Positions 47,663 to 60,700 of a stretch of DNA of 64,000 bases are shown here, piece by piece. Position 1 is the stretch's first letter, and every line of letters starts with the position of its first letter. The position numbers were made by a program, and so were the translations under genes. Origin of the DNA: Klebsormidium nitens. Lineage: Eukaryota; Plantae; Klebsormidiophyceae. A model generated the notes under the pieces. The model was not told the DNA's origin. It searched no databases and worked only from the letters and a program-made list of their open reading frames with translations. The stretch lies in the NCBI GenBank assembly GCA_000708835.1, contig DF237135.1, forward strand, positions 92,400 through 156,399, given 5' to 3'.

Positions 47663-48993
47663 CGGGTGCAAATTTGTACATAGATATACCGTGTAATTCA
47701 GAAGCTGCGTCCGTCGCTGGCCGCCGAGGAAAGTCTGTTGTGCAAAGCCCTAAGTACAAACTTACATCGATTGACTACCGAGAGTAGTATCTGATTGCGC
47801 GTGTTGCTGACCCGAAAGTCCAATGGCGGGCTGTTGACCGACAGTCCGATCGTGTAGAGTACTATTGCTGACCCTCCCTAAGCGAAACATAACTCTCTTC
47901 AGTGAATGACAATCATGAACTGGCACCACCTGGTCTAACGCTGCGTCGGTGTGCACTCAAACACGTGCTGGAAGCGCTCGAAGTTTTTCAGGTCTGGGAC
48001 CCGCAATAAGTTTACACGAATATGCATATCTGCGAGTCACATAAGATGCAGAGTTGGTGACAATACTGCACACGTGTTTAGCTCTATTGGCCGCATGGTA
48101 ATCGTCGGACGCTTTTCACATCGTTCGATGCCAGACAGGACGGTGCACCACCAAGGGTGGCCCGGCCGCTTGCAATGCATGTCAATTGCATACGGATATG
48201 AGCCATCGATGCATGTGATTCTTCGTTAGACAACGAATGTCTCAAGCATGAGCTGACCATCATGACCATGCATGCTATTTATATACACTATTCACTCATA
48301 ATAACGCGGCCGCCTTAGCTTTCGCAGCATGCGCACCTAGCTGACGCGCCCAGCTGGCCGCTGGCGCCGCCCGCGGCATGACGACTTTTCGCACATCACG
48401 GTTAATTGCCTAATTCCTGTCGCCATGGTGTCGAATATCCGAAGACAGTCTGCCCACAACATGAAGAACGTCGGGCACTCCCTAGAAGGTATTCCTGTAG
48501 TAGGCATGGGACCTGCATGCAATATCACGAGGAATGTATCAAGCTCGAAATCTGTGCATCGATACAATCAAGCACGCGCAAGTGCCACCTCAACCATCTC
48601 GATCGAACCGCTTGAGTATTAAAACAGCTTCTCATAGCAAGCGGATATAATTTCGAGCAAGCACATATAGAACTAAAGTGGTTCGCACATCTTTGACCGC
48701 TTCTCTAGCTAAGGATTCTAACTTTTAGGGCCTAAGTACTTGGTATTCGATAGGATTGGGCCTTTGCGACAACTCGGTCTTGTGTAAGTATCCCGCTTGT
48801 TGGACGCACCAGATGAGAATTGACACCGGAGCTCTGGATTAGAGGTTCCGTTACACTGACTATGACGGGGGCATTGAATATAACTGCCATTGCACTCGAG
48901 GCAGTGATGCGTTAGTATGTCTAGAGCCAGCTTAGAGCTGGATCCGAGCAGACAACTATGATAGGGGCCAGATCTACGAAATCAAGGGCTTCT

Positions 48994-51815
48994 TTAGAAC
49001 GAACCGCCTGCAAGGCCAAGAAGCGCGTCGACATCTACGGTTTGACTCGGAGTTGTCCAAAGCAGATCCCTATCCGCGTCACCAAGATTTGCACGAGAGC
49101 TCGCACTCCGGGGCGGCGGAGGAATGGCCGGAACTTTTGGCGACTCTTTCTGCGCAGCCTTGATTGGGAAACTGTTCGCCGTTTCTGCACTACCCCAACT
49201 CAGATTCCCCGAAACCGCGCCTCCGTATCCCCTTCCGGCGGAAGTGTCCTTGCCGGAACGTTCCGGCCTTTCGTCGTCCCAGGTGATGAGATCCCTGGAG
49301 GGCGCTCTTTCTAACCCTTTCGTGGTCGCCTCTCCTGGAATGAGCGCTTCCTTTGCGAGCGGAGAGTCGGTCTGCGCCGCCTCTTCAGCGGTAGAGTGCG
49401 AGCGTTCAGCTTCCGGTGTCCGCCGTTCCGGTCCCGGAAACTTTCCACCGTTCGGCTGACGGCCGTCTTCGGCGTCCAGTCGCGGATCCCGAAGCGCCAT
49501 TCCCTGCGCGAGCCAGCTGTCGACGCGCGAGTGGGAGCTCAGCGCGCTGCCGTCGAACGCGCGCGCGCGCACTCGCGGCTTCTCATCCGCTTCCTTGTTT
49601 CCGGACGGTTCACCGGAGCGGTACTGTGGCGGTTTCGGGCCAGCCACGCTCTCTTTCCAGGTAGACACGTCATCTTGTCCGACTGAGTCCCTTTCACCGC
49701 GAGTAGACCCAGCGAAGCCTCCCGTAAACTCTCCTGATTCTCTAATCTCCCCCGGTTCCGCCACAAATCTCCATTCAGTCGGGAAGGGCTCTGTCGCGTT
49801 CGCTGCGGACTTTGCTGATGCACTATCTGCCCAATGCACGCGGTTTTTGAGGTGGACAGCGGTTTGGTCGCGCGTACTTTTCTCGATCAGGGACGCTGCC
49901 TCGTTCCCCTCTTCAAACAAACCGGCTTCTGCAGACTGGTCTTGTAAGGAGAAGCGCTCCGTCTTTTTTACAGGGAGAGATTCGCGCCTAGGACTCCCAA
50001 ACCCTTGGAGGTTCCCCAACCGCCCCGACAGCTCCTGCGCGCGCGCGCGCTCGGCCTGGTACGTGCCGTCGCTGCGTGCGAGGCTGCAGATGTGCGCGGC
50101 GCGCGCTCGGATACCCTGGGCGCAGTCGAACCTGGTCAGGAAGGCACATTGAGACCTTGTAAGAACGGAGGGGTTGCAAAGTATTTTCAAAAGATCCTGT
50201 TGCCAGGTGGATTGCGGCTGATCTATGGGCCGCTACCTGCAAAGGAGATCAGAGCGAAGCGGCCCCAAGACTGCTACATTCCTCCACTAGGAGGACCACC
50301 CAAGTCAAGCTGAATCTGACAATTTTTCGGTAGCCGAGGCATGCTAAAGCGACGTTCCCAATGCAGGAGATGGCAAGATCGAAATCTCTAACGGCCTACT
50401 CTCAGAACGCCGGAAGTTTTACCGCCTTTCATGCGGCCTTTGTTGCAGAAGCAAATGGCGACCGGCAATCGACCCGTCTTCACTGGGCTCGCTCTTCATT
50501 CATACGGCACAGAGAGGTTTCGCAAAGGACGCTCTTCCTCGTTTTATCTTGCGCGAATGAACGGCAAGGATAGCGCCACGTGTCGCTCACCCCTGCTTGT
50601 CAGCGCACTGCAGGCCCGCCAGATCTTCGAAAACGTAGACCCGCAGTTCCACGTCCTTGATCGCCCTTTCGCCGCCGTGCATCAGCAGATACTCCAGCAG
50701 GACCAGCGCCTTTTGCGCGGGGCGCCACGCGGTCAGCTTGCCGCGCGCGGCCAGGGACAGGGTCTCCTCCAGTCTGTGGGGATTCGAGGCTCTTAGGGTC
50801 TTGTGGTGGATTTGCGTTTTGCTTCGAAGAACCGAAGGAAAGTGCGTGCGCCACGGATTCGGCATAATTGGTCGATTTGGATTTGAATGGTGCAAAAAAG
50901 CTTGTTCATCTAAATAGATACAAAAGCAAATCATCGTCCTGTTCCAAGAAGGAGGACATCTGTAGCTTTTACTCGGCGACCGAAGAGAAGGTCCCCCGGA
51001 GCGGCAACCTTGCGGAAAGGCTTAAGAGAATACTGCCACCTTTCTCAAAGTTGCGCACAGAAGGGTGCTCGAGAAGCTTGAGTACCGGTTTAAAAGCACA
51101 TTAGTGCATTTGTAACAGCAAGCTTGGAAGCCCAGAGTCCGGACAAGCTTTAGTCACTCATTCTAACGTAAGTGAAAAAGTTCAGAACTAAAGCCTCACT
51201 TTTTCCAGAGGAAAGCCATGATTGGTTCGAAGTCGTCGAAGCGGCGGCTCGCGGCCGCGATGCGCGCCATGGTCCGGCTGTCGGGTCCCCAGGCTTCGTT
51301 GCTCGTCGCTTCAGCCAGCAGCCTGGAAGCAAGACGGGATCAAGGATCTTGTCGCTTTGCACTACCCTAGGTTTCCCTCCTCGGTCAATTGAACGATTCA
51401 GAAGGGTGATGAATGTACCCTGCACGAGGTGGAATCAGCGGTGCAATGGATGCAGCGTTGTGAAAAGTCCGATTTGATTCGCTGCTTCAGAATACAGCCA
51501 TCCGGATAATGATACGGCCGCAAATCAGGGTCATGGTCGTCAGATTCAGCATATTAAAAGCTCTTCTTGTCCCTTCCAAAAACCGGGCCCTTCCGCAAGC
51601 ATCAAAATGTGATATGTGGGCATGCAGAAACTCGTGATCGAGGAGCATAGTTTTCTTCCAACGAGAAGAATATCCAGAACGAAAGAATGCAATATCGAAG
51701 AAGGATATGAAAAAAGGAATGCTCACAAGTCTAACTCCGTGCTTTTTGTCAGTGTCAACTTTGCCAACTTGATTTTCTCCGCTAGGTAGCTTTTGGCCTT
51801 CAAAGTGGTTTCCAT
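48994..51815 (-). CDS. ENTH-domain (epsin-like) protein, ~510 aa, 4 exons
   Basis: Exons (-): 51815-51727 (METTLKAKSYLAEKIKLAKLTLT), 51322-51200 (LLAEATSNEAWGPDSRTMARIA), 50773-50591 (WRPAQKALVLLEYLLMHG), 50131-48994 (GIRARA..QGFGS then a disordered tail). Phases consistent. Confidence 0.88.
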
Positions 51816-52905
51816 TGCAGAGAAGAGCAAAGAAAGGTTTTCGCTGCTTCTTTCGTGCAACTTTGAAACGACCAGATTGTTTTTCTTATTCTTAGTCGTC
51901 AATCTACAATAAGCACTACTTTCGATTCATCAAAAGAACTTTCTCTCTCAACTGTCCTTCGAGAAGCACTTAGAATCTGTCTGGCGGACGAGATCCTAAT
52001 GGTCTGAATCTAAGGAGTTTCTGCCAATGATTCTTTGAGTCACTCGAGAGGAACCCCAAGATGCAGCGTGCATCAAAATCAAATCTGATCCATCCCGCCG
52101 GGATAAGACATCGCTGGCCACATAACGAGCATGAAGAAACAATTTTACACGGCTAAAAGTTTCGGCCGGTGGCGAGACGGTCAGATGAGAGCATAGGTGA
52201 CGCCGTGACCTGGTTGCCTTCGTCACGCGGCTTTCTGACGTTACGGTTATCTGCATGCACGGCATGGAAAGTCGGACGCAGTCTTTTCGGTCAGCAGCAG
52301 ATTGCTCTGGAATTTTCTATGTCTTGGGCACGTCGGACTGTCTGGCCTGGAAAGGGAGCCGTTGATCAAGGCACATGCCGCACTCCCAAATCAAAGCATG
52401 CATTTCGTTTCGGGAAAACGCAGCAGACGCAATGTCCATCGACCTGACTGCCTTGCCAGCTGTCAGTAACCTTTCCTGCTTCTGTCAGCCCTTGCGTACG
52501 TCTCATTCTGGTTTTCCATCAAGGAAAGGTCTGCAAAGCGAGCCTTTGATGTGGAGGGTAGAGATGGTGTAGAGCTTGCGTTTATTTGCAGGGCAAGCAT
52601 CGAAACCAACTATAACTTGCAGGCGGGCGGTACGCCGAAGATTTAGAAGCAAGTGGGCCGAGGTCAGGAGATGTAGACCGAGAAAGTTTTGGACTCTGGC
52701 CAGTCGCAGTCTCTGCAGAGGTCTGCAGGAAGCGAAGGCAGACCCGACCCGGAGCAGTTGCATCTTAGGCAGGGGCTTGTACTTCTAGGTGCATGGTTTA
52801 CATCTGGAAAGTGCAGGCCGGGTTTCGATTCTTACTGAAGTTCACACGAAAGGAAGAGTGTGGCAAAGCCCATCTTCGAAACGCAGATAGAGAATCCTAG
52901 CAGAA

Positions 52906-55900
52906 ATGGGGAGAGCTATCTCAAAAGCACGAACTCTGAGTCCCCTCCTTCCATTCTTCGTCTTCGCCGTCCTTGCCTCCCTTGCTGCCTTGGATTCCAC
53001 GCAAGCCGCAAGCGCAGAAAATAACACATCAATTCATGGCACAGACTCAGGCGCAACTCTCACTTCCAAAAACGCCTCATGTGAGCAGTCCCCGTTCGCC
53101 GGCTACGACTGCGTCCTGACTGTGGTCCCCGGTCAGTTCGAAATCCACTGGGCGCTGGACGGGGAGCTCTTATACATCGCGGCGGTGGCGACCACCACCG
53201 GCTGGGTTGCGGTCGGTTGGTCGCCCACCGGGCAAATGGTCGGCTCCAATGCGGTCATCGGCCCGGATCCTAACCCAGTCGGGGGGTTCGAAATACAAGC
53301 TTTTAGGCTCGGGGGAAGAAGCGTCTCCCGGGTGCACCCCAACCCGAACATCACGGTTTTGTTTGCGAGTTCCGTCACTATGGAGGGCGTGACCCGGTTG
53401 GAGTTTGCCCGGTTGGTGAATGAAAGTGGCCCGGGGATCGTGCCGGTAGTGGCGGCGAAGGGGGTGCCCAACCGGATGCTCTGGGCGGTGTCGCCGGACG
53501 GGTCCACCGGGCTGCAATACCACGGGCCGACCAACAGGTGGGCATTTACACCAGGGCTGCATTGTCATCTTTGGAAGAGGTTTTGCTATTAAACTTATGC
53601 TCGGATGACAAGAATGTAAAACTGCTGCTGTTCTCCAAGAGCAGGTTCGTAAAGATTGAAACACGGCGCAATAAGGCAGTTCACTCGTTTTGTCTGGTCG
53701 ATTCGAAAAGCTTCCGTTTGGAAAGGCTGCGACACTGTTCTCGACAAAACGATTATCAGCGTCATGTTGTCATTGCGCCTAAATCAAAAAGAGACAGAGC
53801 ACTCGACGAAATGCAAAATGTTCGTCTGGGCATTCTCGCACCTCGCTTGGCGCACAGGCGCACCGCTATAGTCGTCAGGACTACAAGAGTGCTAGCTGAA
53901 CGCTCCGCGTCCCGATCGATTGGGAATCAGAAGCATGTAAGATTAGTTGGCCCTTTGACTCCCGGCAGAGATAGGTCTCGATTTCATGTTGACTAAGGGC
54001 CATGTTGACTAAGGAGCATGCCCGGGGGACGGGTAGGGTTAGTTTGGGGGTTAGGGTGGGTACGGGTGCCGAGCGTGGTCATTTCTTGGTTTAGGTTTTT
54101 ACTTTAGTTCGTTCTCCCGAGCACTGTCCTTAGTCAACATGCTCTTAGTCAACAAGAAGCCGAAAAGAATCAGGCAGAGTTATGCTTGATCCCCTTTGAC
54201 CGGCCCGAGAAGCTGATCTAAGGACTCGGCCAACTCAAGAGCAGTCGCTCAAAAGTGGACTCTCTCTATTTCCGCTGAAGTTTCCTGCCTGATCTTAAGT
54301 CGAAAAGCGAAGGACCCCAAAGGACTCCCTCCATCGCCAGGATGCCATTCTCGGTCGACTTTGTGAGCGGCGCCTCCGCGCGCGCGCTGATCGATGACGA
54401 AGCCCATTACCGCCACCTGGCGTCCAAGATGCGCGCGCACGGCTGGCTCATGGGCTTCGGTGTGGGCGTACTGCTGCCGCTAGGCGCGCTCGCGAGCAGG
54501 TCCGTCCTAGACTCTGTTCTCGGTACCATTTCACGAAAAGTTGTCTGTCCAAAGAGGCTCTTAAGAAGAGAGTGCCGACTATATACGCGAGCTATTATCA
54601 ATACGACTTAGTTTTCCAAGTCTACAGACAATTTTCGATTTGTCGCGATCTTTTTCCTGTAATCCTTTCATTATGGGCTGTTTGCCATAAACGGCTTGTC
54701 AAACACCAAAATCCGACTCATTCGCAAACAAAGGTCCACCTTGGTCGCATGCTACGTTTACATTTTGAATACGTCCCAGGCGCTCCGCATTTTGAGGCCA
54801 CCCAGCAGACGAGCTCAAAGCAAAATACTCTCTTCGACGCCGACAGCTCACCAGATATTGATTCTATTCTGCGCTCGCATAGCGTGCTTTAAGAACAGCA
54901 ATGTGAGAACCGTTCTCGAGGCTGCCCCAGACCGTCAAGTAAACAAGTGTCTTTCCGCTCAGGTTTGGCAAGAACCGTCTGCCGCACTGGTTCTACCTGC
55001 ACGCCGTTTGCCAGATCACGGGTGTCATCCTGATGACGATCGGCGCAATCATTGCCTTCAGCTACTTTGACGCGCTCCAGCGCGCGCAGTCGCACGCGCA
55101 GGCGAGACAGCATTCGGTGCCCACTCATCGAGGCTCAGGAAATGACGAATTGCAGTTGTGTTCAGATAGGCGGCTTGAACATTGCTTGGATTCTCATCCA
55201 AACAAAAAACTTCTCACTTTCTGCCGTGGATACGTGGTACCGGCTTTGATATCTCCTGCTGCACGTATCGATCTCGTCGCATCTCCTATACGAAGTCAAA
55301 GTCGACTTGAGTGACGATTAGATTGATCTGGGCTTATGTACTAAGCACAACATCTGGCATCTTAGATTTTCGAGAATCTGATGGTACGGTCGCTGTATAA
55401 CGTTCTCCAGAGGTCGGAGGTCTCATGTAGCTTGTCGCTTTTGAACGCGAGCACAAGGACCTTTGGACGGGCATGTTCGTGAAAGATCAGGATGGATACT
55501 TTCAAGATCAAGTGCTCTGAAGCGTCCCAGTCAACCGTTTCCTTCCACGGTTTCACCAGAACCAGAGTTTTGTTTTGCACGGCAAGAAAATCAGTCCCTC
55601 GCTTACCCCGCATCTCGGTTTTCGGCGACCGCAGATTGGGCTCACAATCTTCATCCTGGCCTGGGTCCAGCTGCTGATCGCCCTGTTCCGCCCGAGCCCG
55701 GGCACCAGAATCCGGCGGATCTGGTTTTTGTGGCACTGGTTCCTCGGAACCGGAATCATCATCATGGGCGGGGTTAACGTTTTCCTGGGAATGGCTCTCT
55801 TCCACAAGTACACAGACTACGGAATACAGGTAAGCAAACGGAGGTGGTTCGATATGGGCTTCCTCAGCGTTCGTTGGTATTGCGAGGAGGCGATTGGCAA

Positions 55901-56615
55901 AGACAGTGTCTGCACTCGCGACATGTTAGAACGTCTTCGAGCTCTCGCTTTGGGGAGTTGAGAGGAAGAACGAGCTGCAAAGGTTGCTGGGATTTCGAGA
56001 CCCCGAAAGAAGCAGCTCGGTTACCCAGCTTCAACCGATCAAGCTTATAAGGGAGACAGAGGACCCGTGCTTGATCCGATAGACCATGCGCGCACACTCC
56101 GTGGGAAAATATCCATCAAAACGTCTCAGACCCTTGGAATGGAGCTAAATGATGGGCCCCTTACCAACCGTGCCATAGTGCATTCAAGGAGCGTTTTGGA
56201 TCCGCGTCAGTTTCCTCTCCAGATTCCAAAGTGCTCTCTCAATAAACTTTCACTCCTGTCTCTCGGCTTCCCCAGGAGCTCGGTGCAAGAAGTCGTCCAC
56301 CGTTGTCCCAATTGTTTCTCCCTGCCAAAACGCGTGAAGAATGAGCCCTACAGCAACGCTCTCGTCAGCACCTTTCTCAAAGACTGTTTCCGATCTTTTC
56401 CCACACTCTTACAGGGCGCCCGCGTGGTATACGCTATCTTCGTCTCGTTTTACGCCCTCGTATACCTGGCTTTGGACACCTTCCTAAAGCCTGCGCCCGA
56501 CGCGGCCGAGCGCGCGCGCATCCAGCTCAGCACGTTCCCAAACCCTGCCCCGCAGTACCCGGACAGCCGCCCAGACGCGGCCGCGGTCCCGCCCAGCGGC
56601 GCGGGTTTCGTGTAA
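52906..56615 (+). CDS. DOMON + cytochrome b561 domain protein (CYBDOM), ~441 aa, 5 exons
   Basis: Exons 52906-53537, 54341-54499, 54963-55101, 55635-55829, 56415-56615. Signal peptide; DOMON GWVAVGWS..GQMVGSNAVIG and LQYHG (Met/His heme ligands); four b561 His residues (RAHGWLM, YLHAVCQ, SHAQIG, LWHWFLG); C-terminal TM. Confidence 0.92.
53983..54158 (+). mobile_element. MITE-like element, copy E (best preserved), in DOMON intron 1
   Basis: About 47-bp imperfect terminal inverted repeats, each containing two GTTGACTAAG/CTTAGTCAAC subrepeats, flank the core cccgggggacgggtagggttag...ttagggtgggtacgggtgccgagcg. Confidence 0.85.
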
Positions 56616-57735
56616 GCGCACTTCATCGGAGCGAGTGGTGACTTCATTGTGGCAACCGACAAGCAAGACGGGCTTCTTAGAAACCACCACAGGAGTGGTC
56701 TAGCTATAGGTGTCAAACAGATCCTGGGTTTAGTAGAGTGAGCTGGGCCAGGGCAGCGTGTGCTTGGGACTCGATTTGCTGTGTTACTTCCACTCTTACC
56801 TTGTGAGGGGTTCCGTCAGCTGCGCATCTTGCGCTTGGAAACCAGTTGGCATGACTCGCGGGGTTATATCCCCCGCGCTAGCGAAGGCGCCGGCAGCGAT
56901 CATTACATACAACAGATGCTTGTACTTCACGTGAAGTTGATCGAAATGGATCCCTGGTTATCAAAATTCGACGGTGTCAAGATTGCAAACTTCGCAACCG
57001 CAGACGCGTTCAAAGAGGTTCAAGTGCTTGTTCGATCGAATTGTCCACAACTGCAATAGAGTGAAGGATAGCTGCCAGAATAGCTGCTGCATGTACGTCA
57101 GATGCTTGTTACCGTGAGTGCAAGTGAGTGATTGTCCACCTTCTAAGCATCAATGGAGGTTGCTTGCAAAGCTGGCCTGACTAGATTGAGCCCACAAATA
57201 CGGCCATGCATGTCAACCCGAGCGTGGCGCCTCGGAGAATGATTACCGGGGAATGATTACATGCGTCCCCATAAACCTCGCATATCTGTGACCACCCGGC
57301 CGGACGCATAAACCGTCTGAGAGAAGTGGTCCGTTTGACTAACGTATACAACCCCGACGACACGACGAGACAGCATTCCATAAAGTAGTGTCACTCTTAC
57401 CGACCCTGTCTTAGACCAACCGTGCTGAGGCTTACAGTAGCTCTCCAAAAGGATTTGACTCATGTTCCTTGCAAGCCCCTAGAAGGCGCATCCCAAGCCA
57501 ATCATTCATCTTTTTGCTTCCATCCGTCTATCTTACAATCTACTTCCGGCGGTCCTACATAGATTCAGAAAACAACAACCTCGCAACCGTCTACCTAGAT
57601 CAACAGTTAGAACAGTCAATCGATCGTCCCTGACAGTACACATATCATTGTGACAATCTTTCACCCAAGAAGAGCCGAACACCCCTATGGCCACCCTCTT
57701 AGCAGTATCATACCACGCCGTTAGTTTTCACGTCA

Positions 57736-60700
57736 TCAGTACGTCACGCCCGTGTCTCGCCTCCAGTCCCGGCTCAGCCGCACGTCGGTCGGCGACACTT
57801 CGGGTGACCCCCCCTCCTCTGAGTCGCCCTCGCTGCTCGACGGGCTTGGCCGCCGATGCAGCGTCGAGTCCGGGGAATACTGTACGTCATCTGACGTCAG
57901 CCTCTTGAGCGCATACGCGGCGTCCAGGCTCTTGCCCCTGAAAGGTTCCCCCTCTTCCACCAGCTCCCGTTCCGGTTCCGGTGACGTCGCCCGTTCCGCT
58001 GAGATGCCCCGTGCGCGCGCGTCGGACGCCCGGAGGAACCGCTCGAGCGCCAGGAGCTTTTGCGTCTGTGCGCGCTCGATGCGCGCGGTGTAGGACTCGT
58101 CTCGCGGGTCCGCATACGCGATCTCGAAAAATTCCGGGCTGGAATCGGAGACTGGGGAGGAACTAGAGCGGGGAGATGCTGGAGAGTCGGCCGCGAGCGC
58201 TTCGGCGGTCGGGAAGTAGGACGGGAAGCGCTGGGAAACGGTGCCTGCATAACCGAGGGGGAACAAACCTAGGTCAGGCTCATTCTGTGTGGGAGTCATC
58301 TGTCGACCTAAAGTTGTACAGTGACAACAGGAATGAATCTTTCTGAAGCTTTTAGAAGCTTGGGCAAAGATAGTTCCATAAAACTGACCAGAGACGGTTG
58401 AGAATCTACGTCACCGGTTGCGGTTTGACAAATGGTGGCTGAGAGAGCTGCGCGAATAGCGTCTAAAATCAGTCAGGATGACCAATCGACGGGTTAGTGC
58501 GGTGCACATAAAAGTTAACGGATTTGGCCGGCAGTGCCGTCCGCATAGTGTCGGTCGTTCGGGCGTCCTTAGCGCATAGCACGGCCCGTTCACATTCACG
58601 CAGAGACTTCCGACAAACCTGGATTGCCTAGTTCGTTTGGGTCAACGAAACGACAAAGAGTCATCGAGCGAAGGTCAGGCTCCAACTTTCCTAAAGGTCC
58701 GGTTATCGTCAATCCAAAAGCTTCCAAGCAGCGGCAAACCATAGAGATATATCTGCTGAGTGCAGTGCAATGCGACCAGCTTTTTGTCCTGGCGCCCAGA
58801 GACACCAGACGGCATCGATCTGAGATTCGCAACGAACCACCCCAAAACTTGTGAGAATAGCTCACCGTTTCCGCACTCCCGCCTCCCAGTGTCGGCCCCG
58901 GCAGTAGACACGGGCAAGCTCTTGGACAACACCCCTTTCACCGGCTGGACTTCCCTCACACCTTTTCTCTCCACCGCTAGTCCTTGCCGCCGCCGGAACT
59001 CGTCGAATCGGGGCAGGATCTCCCGAACATGGATGGCCTCCGACTCGAGCGTCGAGTCCGGTCTGACGTCAGCAGACCCAGCGGAGACCCGGCTATCTTG
59101 AAAGTGCCACGTGTCAACAGGACCTTCCTCCTCCAGCGTCGAAGGCGAGGCGGGGTGCTCGAAATTATGCTCGACGGACAATAAGGCCGGGGGCGTCCCG
59201 CACGCGATCGCGAGCCGCTTCAACCGCTCTGTGCTTTCCCCCGGCCCCGCCCGCGATATCGCGACCAGCGCAGACTCGAGCGCGTTCAAATTCAGGCCGT
59301 GTTTTTGCGCCACCCCCGCGCCGGCGGCCGGTTCCGTCGGCGTCGGGGGCTCTGCCAAGGCCCACAGAGAGCCCCTGCGCTGCTCGGGGGTGGGTACCGG
59401 GCCGTGCTCGGTGGGTACCGTCCAGCTGGAGTTGGTGCTAGCAAAGGAAACGTTGGTGTCGGGGGTGGGGCCCGGCGCCCGGGGGGTCCCTCGGTGGGGG
59501 CTCGTCCGAATGGGGGGCAGCCGGACGTCCAGTTTAAGCTCGTCCGGAGTGATGACCCGGGGAGGGCTCTGGGAATCTTCAGAGACTGTAAAAGCGGGTG
59601 AGACGATCAAGCGTCAGCTCGAAATGGTGGTCTGGAGTCTGAGTTACTCACGAGCTTCCGACAAGGATTCCTTGTCGCGGCGAAGGATGCAGAACAAGAC
59701 GTGTGCAAGGAATACGCTGCGAATATGTCGGTCGCTTTTCTCGCTTCGAATCTTGATTTAGTCAAATCAGCAGATCAGGAGGCTTGTCTTTCACTTCAGC
59801 TACTCTGCATCTTCTCATCTCCAAGACTTATACCACCGTTCCATTCGAAACACAAAGTGGGAAGACACGAGTTTGCAACACCCAAAACAGGGAATCCTTA
59901 CCACTGTCATCCGCTTCTTCTGCGCCCCGTTCCGGTTCCTGCACTCCGTTCCCCCCCTCCTTTGCCCAGTCCATATGAAACACCGCAACCCCCCCTTCCT
60001 CCCAGTCCAGCCTCGGCACTATAGGTGGACCCCACTCGTCATCGATCCGCGAACTTTTCTCCATCTCACACCCCTCCTCACCTTCCGGGGGGCTCGCTTC
60101 CCAGGCCGTTTCGCTAGGGCCTGCCAGCCAATCCTCCCAGGATCGGCCCCCCGGGGGCGGCCACGCTCCAAGAAGCTTTCCAGCTTCCTCTTTAGAGGCC
60201 CAGCGCACTGACCTCCCCTGCTGTCGTTGCTCTCCCCCGCTTGCGTCATCGGTCGATGCCGAGCGGCCACCCCCCTCCAGCCACTCCTCCCAGGACACCC
60301 CCCCAGGCGCATGACCGTAGCTGCGCTTCGTCTTTGGTTTACATTCGGGGGGGCAGCTCCGCCCCAGATCCTTCTGCTGCACGCACCCCCTCTCGACCAA
60401 GTTGGCCCCCCTCTCTGCCGCCAATCCGCTAACACACTCCTCGACTGTCGCACGGCTCCTGTGCATCTTGGGTCTTTCTCCGTTTCGGGGGGGCGGTTTC
60501 GGGGGCCGGTCCATCAGGTCCTTAACGCGCGCGAGCGCCAGCTGTCCTTTCTCAATGGCATCCTCGATATCGTGCATCCAGGACCGCTTCTCCCAGTCTG
60601 CCGTTTGTGCGTTCTGAGATCCCGCAACCCGCAAAGGGGAGGCCTCCGGAAGGTTGTACGTGGGATTGGCGCGCCCAGCTGGGGGACAGGTGCTCAGAAC

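Noticed and set aside
48406-48615. Cys/His-rich 69-aa ORF
   Set aside because: No recognisable zinc-finger spacing. It sits in the TGCA/CATG-rich tract, which produces Cys/His codons by composition.
40009-56615. GT, NPP, ENTH and DOMON-b561 as a co-functional secretory or cell-wall gene cluster
   Set aside because: Strands alternate, the functions are only loosely related and there is no shared regulatory signal. Ordinary eukaryotic gene neighbourhood is sufficient.
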